From: Smithellaceae bacterium
Lineage (GTDB): Bacteria; Desulfobacterota; Syntrophia; Syntrophales; Smithellaceae
Assembly (NCBI GenBank): GCA_963667845.2
Contig: CAXXVL010000001.1
Coordinates: 544,001 to 608,000 of the forward strand
Direction: 5' to 3'
DNA: 64,000 nt
The translations under genes were made by a program, and so were the position numbers. A model generated the notes under the pieces. That model did not search any database. It was not told the DNA's origin and saw nothing but the letters and a program-made list of their open reading frames with translations. Of the stretch, positions 47,660-58,173 are shown in pieces; the first letter of the stretch is position 1, and every line of letters starts with the position of its first letter.

Positions 47660-50329
47660 TTAATTGGCGATCGATCCCTCCGTCACCTGAACGAAGCCGC
47701 CGGGCCGTATCCATTTTTTAACAGCCCCTCGTATCCGGGACGCCGTCATCTGCCGGTAATATTTTGCCGCCCGGACGGGCTCATCGAGCGGCAAGTCCTG
47801 AATGGAGCGGGCCAAAAGGCCGGCGGCGATGCCGTCCATGCTCGCTTCGGCCAGCGGAATCTGGCGCAAAAGCAGAATCTTGGCCCTCTTAAGCTCTTTG
47901 GCCGTAACCGGAGTTTTCTGCAAATCTCGCAAATTTTGTTCGACCATCGTCCTTGCCCGGGAGACGTTGGGCGGATCGCAGCCATAGAAAACACTGAAAA
48001 CGGAACGATGCTTTCCGGATTCCAGCGACGACCCCACCGTATAAACGAGGCCGGCGTTTTCCCGCAAATCACGGTAGAGCCTGGAAGCGTAAAATGCTCC
48101 GGACAAAATGTGATTGGCAAACGCAAGCGTGTAGTAGTCGGGCTGTGAGCGCGTGAGGGTCAGGGTCTGGGCGAGCGTGACTTCATCCTGGACCCGGCTT
48201 TGATCAGGCACGGCATGACGAGACGGCTTATTCGGGGGGACCGCCGGCAAATCCGTTACCGGTTTGGTGCCCTGGGCTCTCCAGGCGCCGAAACAGGCTG
48301 CGACAACTTCGCGCGCCCGTGCCGGTGTCACGTCGCCGATGATGACGATGGTCGTCATGTCGGGGCGAAAGACTTTGGCATGGTAGGACTTGACGTCGTC
48401 AAGGGAAAGGCCGGACACGGTTTCCCCAGTTGCTTCGCGCAGGACCGGATCGTGAGGGGGGAAGAGTCCTTTGATCAGCGCCCTCTGTGAAAGATAGCCG
48501 GGGCTCTTGAGCCGTCCGCTGACGACTCCCGCCGTTTCTTCCCTGACGACTGAGAAGGCCTGCCCGGGAAGGGCGGGCCGAAGCAGGTTGTCGGCGAGAA
48601 GCTTCAAGCCCTCTTCGAAGTGGTCGGGCTGTATCCGCAGCGAAAAGGACGCACCGGCGGTAATTTCGGCGCTGATATCATCTTTAGCTTTCTCGAAGCC
48701 AACCCTGTCGAGGGACTCTGTCCCATAAGAAAAAAGGTTTTGCAGAAGCGCGGCAACGCCTTCTTTCCCGGGTGGCTCCTGAAGATTGTCATTATGCTTT
48801 ACCTGTCCATGCAGTGTAATCGTCGGACTGATTTTTTCCGTCTGGACAATGAGGCGAATTCCGTTCGCCAGTCTGATGTCGGCGGGTTTTACGTTGGAAA
48901 CGGCCAGGGCCGGAACGATCAGCGATTTCTTTGCCCACGGCGGAAGCCTGACTTCAGTCGTGGGCTGCGGCGTAAAGGATTCGCCGCCTCCGAATCCTTT
49001 CGAGGCCACAGGCTTCCCGGAAGGCTGGGGGAGCAGGACCGCCGTTACGGCCTGATCGTTTTGGAGATAATTACGGGCCACACGGTTCACATCATCGACC
49101 GTTACTTTTTTAATAGCCTCGATCGTGTCATCGGGAGACGTTCGGCCTTCGACGGCCAGGGCCTGAGACCAGGCGCCGGCCAGTCCGGAGATGGAATTCT
49201 TCCGGAACTGGGCGTTGGTTTCGGCGTGACGCTTCGCTGCCGCCACCAGATCGGGGGGCAGCCCGTCTTTGATATACCCGTCAATAATAGCCTTGATGGC
49301 CGCCACGAGGCCGTCTCCATTTACGCCCTCGGGAAATCCCGCCGCGGCCAGGGCAAATCCGGCTTTCGGCAGCATCTCGGAGTCAAAATCCGTAAAGAGC
49401 GCTTTGCCTTCGGGAACCAGCGCAAACAGGTTTCCGCGCTTGCTGGCCAGAACATCGGTGAGAACCATCGCAGCTGCATAATCCGGGCTGTCATAGCCCG
49501 GAAGGCGATAGGCTACCACGGACAATCCATACGGCAGATCCGTGTTAAAGGCAATGTGAGCCGCTTTGAGCGGTTGAAGATTGACGGCGGGTCTTGCCGG
49601 TATGGGGCGCGGGGGAATGGACGAAAAGAGTTTTGTAACCAGGGACAGGGTTTGGGGCAGATCCACGTCGCCTGCGATCACAAGAATGGCGTTGTTCGGT
49701 CCATACCAGGACTCATGGAACTCTCTGAGCATCGCGCTGGTCGTCTTCTGGAACGACGGACGCGTCCCCAGGGCATCATGGGCATAGGGTGTTCCGTCAA
49801 ATATTTTTTCGAGAAGCTGTTTGATGAGCAGGTACTCGGGATTGGATAGGTCGCGGGACACTTCCTGCTCGATTGCCCCGCGTTCCTTTTCCCAGAGTTC
49901 CTGCGAATTGAGTGCGCCCTTCATGCGTAGTACTTCTACGGTGAGCGCCGTCTCGAGATTATCCTTCGATACCGTAAAAAAATACTGGGTCACCGTCTGC
50001 TGGGTATCGGCGTTAAAGTGGCCCCCCATCAGCGCCATGATGTTGGAAAGTTCTGCGGCGGAAAGGCCGGGACTGCCGCGAAACATCATATGCTCCTGGG
50101 CATGGGCCATGCCGGGGAATCCCTCGGGCGACTCATTGGCGCCGACCAGGTAATTGATTTCGGTCGTGACAACCGGCGCGAGAGTGTTCTTCACGATGAC
50201 GACCTGCATTCCGTTCGCGAGCGTCGCGCGCAGGACGTCGCCTGGATCCGCACTCCGGGCGGAACAGGGAACGGACAGGAAGCATAAAATCAGGACCAGA
50301 GATATAAGAGCGCTGAAGATTTTTTTCAT
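47660..50329 (-). CDS. M16 (pitrilysin-family) zinc peptidase, exported
   Basis: Signal peptide, GMAHAQEHMMFRG (HxxEH), duplicated M16 halves, RLYRDLRE..GLVY. Confidence 0.93.
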   Translation of the reverse strand: MKKIFSALISLVLILCFLSVPCSARSADPGDVLRATLANGMQVVIVKNTLAPVVTTEINYLVGANESPEGFPGMAHAQEHMMFRGSPGLSAAELSNIMALMGGHFNADTQQTVTQYFFTVSKDNLETALTVEVLRMKGALNSQELWEKERGAIEQEVSRDLSNPEYLLIKQLLEKIFDGTPYAHDALGTRPSFQKTTSAMLREFHESWYGPNNAILVIAGDVDLPQTLSLVTKLFSSIPPRPIPARPAVNLQPLKAAHIAFNTDLPYGLSVVAYRLPGYDSPDYAAAMVLTDVLASKRGNLFALVPEGKALFTDFDSEMLPKAGFALAAAGFPEGVNGDGLVAAIKAIIDGYIKDGLPPDLVAAAKRHAETNAQFRKNSISGLAGAWSQALAVEGRTSPDDTIEAIKKVTVDDVNRVARNYLQNDQAVTAVLLPQPSGKPVASKGFGGGESFTPQPTTEVRLPPWAKKSLIVPALAVSNVKPADIRLANGIRLIVQTEKISPTITLHGQVKHNDNLQEPPGKEGVAALLQNLFSYGTESLDRVGFEKAKDDISAEITAGASFSLRIQPDHFEEGLKLLADNLLRPALPGQAFSVVREETAGVVSGRLKSPGYLSQRALIKGLFPPHDPVLREATGETVSGLSLDDVKSYHAKVFRPDMTTIVIIGDVTPARAREVVAACFGAWRAQGTKPVTDLPAVPPNKPSRHAVPDQSRVQDEVTLAQTLTLTRSQPDYYTLAFANHILSGAFYASRLYRDLRENAGLVYTVGSSLESGKHRSVFSVFYGCDPPNVSRARTMVEQNLRDLQKTPVTAKELKRAKILLLRQIPLAEASMDGIAAGLLARSIQDLPLDEPVRAAKYYRQMTASRIRGAVKKWIRPGGFVQVTEGSIAN

Positions 50330-50358
50330 GATGAAATTCCTGTCCTTCCCTTCTGTTA

Positions 50359-50928
50359 CTATTTACCCAGAACAAAATGATCATTTCTGTTTCTGGCCCA
50401 GGCTTCCTCATCGTGTCCCGGGTCAACCGGCCGGTCTTCGCCGTAGCTGATCGTGGACATTCTTTTTGCATCCACGCCCAGCTCTATCAAGTACTTCTTG
50501 GCCGCGTCGGCTCTTCTCTGGCCCAGTGCGAGATTATATTCTTCCGTGCCCCGTTCGTCGCAATTGCCCTCTATCATTACCGTGGCATCGGGGTTCTTCA
50601 TCAGCCAACCGGCATGGGCATCGAGAATCTTTCTGTCGCCCGGCCGCAGGACATCCTGATCATAATCAAAGTGGATATCGGTGAGTGATTTCGGAGCTTC
50701 GACGGCGACGGGCTTCTGTTCTGGTTCCTGGGCGGGTTTGACGGTCTCCACGGGCGGAGCCGGTTTCACTTCGGGAGGCGCAGCCGGTACGGCAGCTTCC
50801 TGTTTCACTTCGCTTTGCGGCTGGGTGGAACTTTCCATGACCGTTTCCTTTTTCGCACATCCGGCCGCGAAAACAAGAATGACGGCCGCGATAAAAATGA
50901 TGACCTGCAAACAGAATCTTTTTTTCAT
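50359..50928 (-). CDS. pal: Peptidoglycan-associated lipoprotein
   Basis: AAG-C lipobox, [36 protein letters not shown]. Confidence 0.95.
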   Translation of the reverse strand: MKKRFCLQVIIFIAAVILVFAAGCAKKETVMESSTQPQSEVKQEAAVPAAPPEVKPAPPVETVKPAQEPEQKPVAVEAPKSLTDIHFDYDQDVLRPGDRKILDAHAGWLMKNPDATVMIEGNCDERGTEEYNLALGQRRADAAKKYLIELGVDAKRMSTISYGEDRPVDPGHDEEAWARNRNDHFVLGK

Positions 50929-50988
50929 AGTGTATTGCCTCCCCTGTGACTTAATGGTTTCAAAACCCGCTCAGTTTTCGTCATTCGG

Positions 50989-52458
50989 CTATCGTGACGA
51001 AAGCGTAATATACAGACTCGCTCCGCTACGGTAAATGAGCAGGAGAGCATCCTGCTTGGATTTGATCTTTCCCACGGCGGCGTTAAAATCGTTCATGTTG
51101 GATATTTTCTTACGGTTGATTTCTCTGATCATGTCGCCGGCCTGCAGGACTCCGCTGGCCGGGCTGTCATCCTCCACACCGACGACCACCACGCCATTGA
51201 TGCGGGCCGGGATGCCCATCATCTTCTTCTGCTGCACGGAAATATCCTGGACGTGAATCCCGAAAAATCCGGTATTGATCTCACTGGTCTGGGTCGGCAT
51301 TTTTGCCGGTAATTCACCAATCTCCACGGTGACGTTCTTTTCTTTACCGTCCCGGAGAATCTGGAGAGTCACGCGGTTGCCAGGCTTTTCCCGGGCTACC
51401 ATATTCCTGAATTCGGAGATACTGGCGACATCCTTTCCGCCGTACTGCAGAATAACGTCTCCGCGCTGCAGCCCCGCCTTCTGGGCCGGACCGTCTTCCG
51501 TTACTTCGCTGATCAGAACGCCCTTTTCGCTCTTCAAGGCAAATTGTTTGGCCAGCTCGGGAGTCAGCGGCTGGATGCCCACGCCCAGCCATCCCCGGAT
51601 CACTTTGCCTTTTTTAATCAGGCTTTCCATGACCACTTTGATCATATTGCTCGGGATGGCAAAACCAATGCCCTGATATCCGCCGGACGTGCTGAAAATC
51701 GCCGTATTGAGTCCGATCAGTTCGCCCTTCATGTTCACCAGTGCGCCGCCGGAATTTCCGGGATTGATCGCCGCGTCGGTCTGAATAAAGTCCTCATAAT
51801 CCGCGATGCCGACATCAGCGCGCCCGACCGCACTGATGATTCCCGATGTCACTGTCTGGTTCAAACCAAACGGATTGCCGATGGCGATGACCCGGTCGCC
51901 GACTTTTGTATTATCGGAGTCGCCAAGTTCAAGATACGGGAGCTTGCCGGCATTGATCCTGACGACCGCCAGATCGGTCCGGGGGTCAGCCCCGACGACC
52001 TTGCCCTTGAATTGCCTTTTATCGGACAGCTTCACGGTGATTTCGTCGGCGCCCTGCACAACGTGATTATTCGTGATGATATACCCTTCCTGGCCGACGA
52101 CGACGCCTGAACCCAGACCGCGTTGTTTATACTTGCGGGGCTTGTTGCCCTGATTATCAGACTGATCGCCGAAAAAATGCCGGAAGAAGGGATCGTCGAA
52201 AAACGGATTCTGCATGGGTTCGGATGTGACGGTCTGTTCGAATGAAATATTCACCACGGCCGGCTTCGCGGCAGCCGTCAGTTCCTCCATCGCCTTGTCC
52301 AGCTGTGACAATATATCGATGGATTCTTTGGAAATATTAACGCTCTGCGCCTGTCCCGTATTGAATATGTCCAAGTTGGCTGTAAGAACGGCACCGACGA
52401 GAATGCCGATAAAGATCAGGCCTGCCGTAAAAATAAAATACCGCACTCTTGCTTTCAT
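50989..52458 (-). CDS. DegP/DegQ (Do) serine protease
   Basis: TNNHVV, QTDAAINPGNSGGAL, two PDZ domains. Confidence 0.96.
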   Translation of the reverse strand: MKARVRYFIFTAGLIFIGILVGAVLTANLDIFNTGQAQSVNISKESIDILSQLDKAMEELTAAAKPAVVNISFEQTVTSEPMQNPFFDDPFFRHFFGDQSDNQGNKPRKYKQRGLGSGVVVGQEGYIITNNHVVQGADEITVKLSDKRQFKGKVVGADPRTDLAVVRINAGKLPYLELGDSDNTKVGDRVIAIGNPFGLNQTVTSGIISAVGRADVGIADYEDFIQTDAAINPGNSGGALVNMKGELIGLNTAIFSTSGGYQGIGFAIPSNMIKVVMESLIKKGKVIRGWLGVGIQPLTPELAKQFALKSEKGVLISEVTEDGPAQKAGLQRGDVILQYGGKDVASISEFRNMVAREKPGNRVTLQILRDGKEKNVTVEIGELPAKMPTQTSEINTGFFGIHVQDISVQQKKMMGIPARINGVVVVGVEDDSPASGVLQAGDMIREINRKKISNMNDFNAAVGKIKSKQDALLLIYRSGASLYITLSSR

Positions 52459-52806
52459 AAGATCACCTTTCTTGTCGAAATTTTCATCCGGAAAATATCG
52501 AGGATGGTCCGAAGACCATTCCGGAGCAAACGTTTTCTGACTTTGGGGTTGGGGAGCGGTTGCTGTATCGCATAAAGAATCATAATCTCACCACCTCACA
52601 CGTATTTGCCTTCTTCACTATTGTTAAAATACCTGCATTAGATTGGCAATCGTCGTTTATTGATAGGAAAATGATAGTATTGTATTATCTTGGCCCGCTG
52701 CTCCTTGAGATCGAGATGGATTCCTGTTCATGCGCCGGATTATTTTCGGCGAAGGCCAAACGGCCGAAGAATGCCGGCCGTCGACCTTCATTGGATTCAC
52801 GAGAGC

Positions 52807-53268
52807 TTATTTACTTCTTACGGTGCAGGCATCCTGTTTGACTAAGAAAATGGAGCAGGGCAACGCTCTGATGATTTCTTCATTGCTTCCCCCGACCAGC
52901 ATGCGTTCCAGTCGGCTCTCCGCACTGCTGCGCAGAACAAGCAAATCGATATTTTCATCTTTCACGAGTTTCAGAATGACTTCGGAAGGGATACCTTCCT
53001 TGATCAATTCTTTAATTGCCATACCCTTCTTTTTTTCCATCAATATAATTTCGTGCAATTCCGTCCTTTGTTTTTCCATGTCCCGTTTGTGTTCCTCTTC
53101 TACGGAGACCATGGGGATACTCCACCCTTTCAGCCATGTCGTATCTATAATATGAGAGACGGTGAGCTCCGCCTTATATTTTTGGGCCAGAGAGATACCC
53201 GCTTCAAGGGTGTTGTTGCAGTGTCTGCTCAACCAGGTCACGACAAGAATACGATTAATAAACTCCAT
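52807..53268 (-). CDS. Universal stress protein
   Basis: NRILVV, LAQKYKAELTV.H, EGIPSEVIL, IDLLVL, LPCSIFLVK. Confidence 0.88.
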   Translation of the reverse strand: MEFINRILVVTWLSRHCNNTLEAGISLAQKYKAELTVSHIIDTTWLKGWSIPMVSVEEEHKRDMEKQRTELHEIILMEKKKGMAIKELIKEGIPSEVILKLVKDENIDLLVLRSSAESRLERMLVGGSNEEIIRALPCSIFLVKQDACTVRSK

Positions 53269-53312
53269 AATATTCCTCCTTCACGATGAGGTGGGGTATC
53301 CTGAATCAGTCT

Positions 53313-53615
53313 TTATTTAAGCCACAGGGCATGTTCTTCCTGGAGGAGCGCCTGCGTCCGTTTGGCAAACCGGTTTTTAACTTTTGCGGCGGCGGTGATT
53401 TTGCGCACACCATTGTATCTTTTCTTGGGGATCAGGCTCAAATCGCCAGGGACGGCGTCGTCGTTGTCGTCGGGCAGCACGGCGATATTGTCGATCACGG
53501 CCGCGTATATGTCTGCCGATTGATCCTCAATGGCGTTGATGCCGCCAAAAATGCCTTGATCCGGCATCAGGTTATCAAACACGTTCGCTTCCACGGTCGT
53601 TTGTTGCTGTTCCAT
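53313..53615 (-). CDS. Hypothetical protein (100 aa)
   Basis: Strong RBS gaggagg; fills the gap in a co-oriented run; no recognised motif. Confidence 0.5.
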   Translation of the reverse strand: MEQQQTTVEANVFDNLMPDQGIFGGINAIEDQSADIYAAVIDNIAVLPDDNDDAVPGDLSLIPKKRYNGVRKITAAAKVKNRFAKRTQALLQEEHALWLK

Positions 53616-53711
53616 TGTGGTACCTCCTCTTCTCGTTTGTGTACTTATTGCGTGCTTAATGTTTTCTTCTGCGTACCTTATGAAATAAGATCCCAATTCG
53701 ATTCCAAAGGA

Positions 53712-54023
53712 CTAGGCATCAATGTCTTTTTTCATTTTGTCATAGTCTTCTTTCGTGATTTCTCCCTGGGCATATCGTCTTTTCAAAATATCCAGGGGCG
53801 TTTCCTGCGGTATTGTTCCCGTGGTTTTTGTTCTGAGGTTCTGAATGATAAAATAGGCAACGACCGCAATAACCACAACAAACACGATCCACATAAACAT
53901 GCCTCCGAATCCGCAGCCGTAATTCATGTGATCCCATCGGCCGTCCATCGGTCCGCGGTAACCGCTGCAGCCTGCCGCGAACCCTGCCAAGGCCGTCGCT
54001 ATCAGGAATAAAGTTCGTGCCAA
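53712..54023 (-). CDS. SHOCT-domain membrane (lipo)protein
   Basis: AAG-C, Gly/Met-rich segment, TM, PLDILKRRYAQGEITKEDY. Confidence 0.9.
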   Translation of the reverse strand: MARTLFLIATALAGFAAGCSGYRGPMDGRWDHMNYGCGFGGMFMWIVFVVVIAVVAYFIIQNLRTKTTGTIPQETPLDILKRRYAQGEITKEDYDKMKKDIDA

Positions 54024-54037
54024 TGAATCAGTCCTCC

Positions 54038-54424
54038 CTAGATAATCGAATTAAAAACCTTCTCCAGTTTCGCCTCCACTTCATCTGCCAGGGCGCCAAG
54101 CTTTGCGTTATCCACCATCTGCATGGCTACCTTGGGTCTGATGATCGCCAGCGCCGTTTTGCCGTCTTTTTCATAGAGGATGACATTACAGGGCAGTAAA
54201 AGACCGATGTCTTCTTCCGCCAGGATCGCCTGATGGGCGTGGGGCGGACTGCAGGCGCCCAGGATGACGTACTTCGGGAAATCAATCCCCAGTTTTTCTT
54301 TGAATTTCTGCGCGACGTCGATTTCCGACATAATTCCAAAGCCTTCTTTTTTCAGGGCCTCCGTAGCTTTGTCTTTTACCGCTGCAAAAGGCTGCGTCAG
54401 TATTTTTTTGAATCCGTAAGTCAT
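54038..54424 (-). CDS. DUF302 protein
   Basis: LKKEGFGI..EIDV..K.KEKLG, YVILGAC.P, IGLLLPCNV. Confidence 0.93.
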   Translation of the reverse strand: MTYGFKKILTQPFAAVKDKATEALKKEGFGIMSEIDVAQKFKEKLGIDFPKYVILGACSPPHAHQAILAEEDIGLLLPCNVILYEKDGKTALAIIRPKVAMQMVDNAKLGALADEVEAKLEKVFNSII

Positions 54425-54632
54425 CGCGCGAATCCTTTCTGTAAAAACGCCAATATCCAAAATCAATTCTAATTGACGGCCGCCGCGCCTTTACTGAATT
54501 TTCCCGGACGTGCCGCCCGCCGTGTTTCTCCCTTAATATTGTGGATCGTTATAAGATTTACAATCATCGTTATTGGGCAGGTTAATGGCAGGTAGATACT
54601 ACCAATTCATGAGGATGGGCTTGGATCGGGGT

Positions 54633-54694
54633 TGAATCCCGCTTAAGCGGAACACGTGTTGATTCCCTGTCGCTTGCTGCGAGGTGGTTGATTC
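54633..54694 (+). repeat. R4 copy
   Basis: gaatcccgcttaagcgg..gcttgctgcgaggtggttgattc. Confidence 0.75.
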
Positions 54695-54786
54695 AGGCCA
54701 TTGCGGGCAGGTCCTTATCGAACCCGCCGGGGTTCGCATCGGGCCGGACTTCGCGTAAATTTCCAGTATATTCATATAGAATGGCT

Positions 54787-54984
54787 TCAGGATTGCTCTT
54801 TTACCGCCTCTGTCCTGCGGCTCATCTTCGACTTGCGGCCCTCCGCCGAGGGCGCCTGCAGAAGAGCCACGACACTGGACTTGTGTTCGATCGCAGGGAG
54901 ATCTTCCTTCAAAAGGGCATTTGCAAAATTATTAATGCGAAGCATCAACTGATTCCACTCTTGTTCCGAGGCTTGCTGATTCAT
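54787..54984 (-). CDS. Small hypothetical protein
   Basis: 65 aa with RBS aaaggag. Confidence 0.45.
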   Translation of the reverse strand: MNQQASEQEWNQLMLRINNFANALLKEDLPAIEHKSSVVALLQAPSAEGRKSKMSRRTEAVKEQS

Positions 54985-55364
54985 GATAATCTCCTTTCGA
55001 TATTTCTGTATTATGGGTTCGGGAGGAGAGTATCGAGTTCCATTTCCAATGACAATACTGATTAAATGTAAGGATATTAGCAGGCAATCTCTACCACAGA
55101 GAAAGACGCATTTTGAGGCTCATCCGTGCCGTCATTCATCCGGAAGAGCTTCGGGGACGACTGTGGCGGCGGAAGGCAGAAGGGGGGCAAAGGGAGATCC
55201 GCCCTTGCTAAGTGACGGTCCGGGCTTTAGATTATAAAAGCCGGGCAGGGTCGCGAAAACGGTAATTATTCATGATTTCAAGGAGATGAAAAATGTATTC
55301 CGGCAAACACCTGCTTGAATTTTACCCTCCTTCATGGTAGCGTGCGAGCAATGATGAAAACGGA

Positions 55365-56027
55365 ATGGATCAACATCAGGAAGGAAAAATCTTGAAATAT
55401 TATCCGGTCTTTTGGGACATCACCGGGAAGAAATGCGTCGTGATCGGCGGCGGCGATGTGGCAGCCAGAAAAGTTGCGCGCCTGTTGGATTGCGGTGCAA
55501 AAGTCTGCGTGGTGAGCCCCAAACTTGTTGCGGAGCTTGTCCGTCTGAAAGACGACCGATTGATCGAACATGTCAACGATGACTATGCGCGCGAGCAGCT
55601 TTACGGAGCGGCGCTGGTCATCGGTGCGACGGATGATGAAAAAACCAATGCCGCGGTTTCGCGCGACGCCAAAGCCAGGGGTATTCCGGTTAATATCGTT
55701 GATGATCCGCAAAAATGTGATTTCATTTTACCATCGCTTGTCGAACGCGGCGATCTGACGATCGCCTGCGGCACCGGCGGCGCTTCTCCGGCGCTGGCGC
55801 GCCACTTGCGCGAGGAGCTTGAAAATACCTATGGAGAAGAATATGCGACGCTTATCGATATCCTCGGCAAGCTGAGAGGCAGGATGGAGAAGAATGCGGG
55901 TTTGGGCAAGCTCTGGTTTGACGGTCTCCTGGCGGCAGGCTTGCTCGACGCCATCCGCGTGAAGGACCAAAGCCGCGTGAAGAAGATCGTTCATGATGTT
56001 ACAGGCGAGGAGGTGGGGCTTGATTAG
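55365..56027 (+). CDS. sirC: Precorrin-2 dehydrogenase/sirohydrochlorin ferrochelatase (SirC/CysG N-terminal type)
   Basis: YYPVF, VIGGGDVAARK, VNIVDDP..CDF, GTGGASPALA; start may be TTG at 55392. Confidence 0.93.
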   Translation: MDQHQEGKILKYYPVFWDITGKKCVVIGGGDVAARKVARLLDCGAKVCVVSPKLVAELVRLKDDRLIEHVNDDYAREQLYGAALVIGATDDEKTNAAVSRDAKARGIPVNIVDDPQKCDFILPSLVERGDLTIACGTGGASPALARHLREELENTYGEEYATLIDILGKLRGRMEKNAGLGKLWFDGLLAAGLLDAIRVKDQSRVKKIVHDVTGEEVGLD

Positions 56028-56844
56028 TTTGGAAATCATTTTGTTCGCGGCGGCCCTCGGCTTCTGCGTATTGGCTACCGCCGGGTACCTGCTTTCCCTG
56101 CTCGGCAAGAAAGCGACGCTCGCCGGGATATCCACCTGGGTTCTGGCAGCGGGCTTTATTCTCCTGACGCTCTATCTGCTGGTTGCGGCCATGCATCGGG
56201 CCGGGTGGGACAACTTCGGTTCGCGCTATTTTCTGTCGGTCTACGCCTGGGCGATTGCCGGGATTTACCTGGGAACGCAATTTAAAACCGGGACCCGGTT
56301 GCTGGGCGCTTTCATCGCGCCGTTCATTTTATTATTTCTGATTGCCGCTGCGGGCCAGGGTGCAGGCAGGAATCTTGTGCCGCTCCAGTGGCAGGGCGGA
56401 CTCACGGCGGCGCACCTGGTGCTGGCCATTGCCGGAGAGGCGCTCTTTGTCCTGGCCTCGGCCGCCGGGGCGATGTTCCTGGTTCAAAACAGCCTTTTGA
56501 AACATAAGAAACTGGGGGCGCTCGGCCGGTTGCTGCCCTCGCTCAATGATTTGGATCGGCTCAATCATCTGGGGCTTTTGTGGGGATTTCCCCTGCTGAC
56601 GCTGGGGCTGATCGGGGGCGCCGTTTACGCCGCCTTTGTCTGGGGAGGCCTGTGGCCTGCCGATCCGAAAGTGATCTGGGCTTTTGCGGTCTGGGTGGTT
56701 TACGGCTTCCTCCTGCATCAGCGTCTGGCCATCGGCTGGAAAGGTTCCCGGATGGCTGTCCTGTCGGGCCTGGCCTTCCTCTTTTTTGTGTTGTCCACGC
56801 TGGTCGTCAGATTTTGTTTCGCCACCGTGCATAATTTTATTTGA
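56020..56844 (+). CDS. CcsA/HemX-like cytochrome c assembly membrane protein
   Basis: Multi-TM, LPSL..LD, GFPLLTLGL..G, W.ADPK, GWKG.R.A; sits before hemA. Confidence 0.88.
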   Translation: MISLEIILFAAALGFCVLATAGYLLSLLGKKATLAGISTWVLAAGFILLTLYLLVAAMHRAGWDNFGSRYFLSVYAWAIAGIYLGTQFKTGTRLLGAFIAPFILLFLIAAAGQGAGRNLVPLQWQGGLTAAHLVLAIAGEALFVLASAAGAMFLVQNSLLKHKKLGALGRLLPSLNDLDRLNHLGLLWGFPLLTLGLIGGAVYAAFVWGGLWPADPKVIWAFAVWVVYGFLLHQRLAIGWKGSRMAVLSGLAFLFFVLSTLVVRFCFATVHNFI

Positions 56845-56848
56845 GACT

Positions 56849-58111
56849 ATGATTGCACTTGTCGGATTAAACCATAGAACGGCGCCGCTTGCCGTGCGCG
56901 AACGACTCTTTGCCGGATGCCAGGAGCGGGAGAATATTCTCGCCGATCTGCTGGCGCAAGACGGCGTGCGGGAAATTCTGCACCTCTCCACCTGCAACCG
57001 CATTGAGATCGTTGCAGCGACGGATCAGGCCCAGGGAGCAATCCATGGACTCAAATCTTATCTGGCAGGCCGGGGCGGTTTGACGGCTGAGGAAGCGGCG
57101 AACTGCCTTTACGCATATCAGGACGAGGAGGCGATCCGGCATTTGTTCCGCGTGACGTCCAGTCTGGATTCGCTGGTCATGGGCGAGGCGCAGATTCTGG
57201 GTCAGGTCAAGGACGCTTACCGGCAGGCGCTTACGCAAAACGTCACGGGCATAGCGCTCAATCGCCTGATGCACCGGGCCTTCCGTACGGCCAAACGCGT
57301 GCGGACGGAAACGGGCATTGCGGCCAATCCGGTATCGGTGAGCTTTGCCGCAGTCGAACTGGCCAAGAAAATATTCGGTACGCTCGCCGGTAAAAAGATT
57401 CTGGTGATCGGTGCGGGGGAGATGGCGGAGCTCACGTGCACGCATTTGATCGGGAACGGCGCCGAAGAAATCACTGTTGCCAACCGGTCTGTGACCCAGG
57501 CCGAGGTGCTTGCCGAAAAATATCACGGTAAAGCCGTAGGGCTTGCCGCTCTTGACGAAGCGCTGTGTGATGCTGATATTGTGATCAGTTCCACCGGCGC
57601 GCCGTCCTTTGTGATCACTGCGGACATGATTCGGCACTGCCTGCGCAAGCGGAAGAACCGTCTTTTGTTTTTAGTCGATATCGCCGTGCCGCGCGACATC
57701 GATCCCGCGGTGGACGGCATTGAAAATGTCTACCTTTACAATATCGATAATTTGCAGGACATTGTCGACGAGAATATCAAGAATCGCCGCCGCGAGTCGC
57801 TCAAGGCCGAGCAGATTGTTGTTGAGGAAGTGGCGCAGTATTTGAGCTGGCTTAAGGAACTCGACGCGGTTCCGACGATTGTGTCCCTGCGGGGCAAGGC
57901 CGAAGGGATTGTGCGGATGGAGCTTATGAAAGCGGGAAGCTGGATGGGAAATCTGGCCAACACAGACCGCGAAAAAATCGAAGCGCTGGTGAACGGCATC
58001 GTGAACAAGATCCTGCATGCGCCGATGACCGCGATGAAGGAAGAAAGCGCCGAGTTCAAATCTCGTGATATTGTGGCCGCCGCGAGGCAGCTGTTTAAAC
58101 TGGATGATTGA
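56849..58111 (+). CDS. hemA: Glutamyl-tRNA reductase
   Basis: GLNHRTAP, LSTCNRIE, SLDSLVMGEAQILGQVK, GAGEM, DIAVPRD. Confidence 0.97.
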   Translation: MIALVGLNHRTAPLAVRERLFAGCQERENILADLLAQDGVREILHLSTCNRIEIVAATDQAQGAIHGLKSYLAGRGGLTAEEAANCLYAYQDEEAIRHLFRVTSSLDSLVMGEAQILGQVKDAYRQALTQNVTGIALNRLMHRAFRTAKRVRTETGIAANPVSVSFAAVELAKKIFGTLAGKKILVIGAGEMAELTCTHLIGNGAEEITVANRSVTQAEVLAEKYHGKAVGLAALDEALCDADIVISSTGAPSFVITADMIRHCLRKRKNRLLFLVDIAVPRDIDPAVDGIENVYLYNIDNLQDIVDENIKNRRRESLKAEQIVVEEVAQYLSWLKELDAVPTIVSLRGKAEGIVRMELMKAGSWMGNLANTDREKIEALVNGIVNKILHAPMTAMKEESAEFKSRDIVAAARQLFKLDD

Positions 58112-58173
58112 TGATCGGGAACTTTCCCTGCACAGTCCCTCCCCTCCCGGGGAGGAAATGAATAGGAATTATT

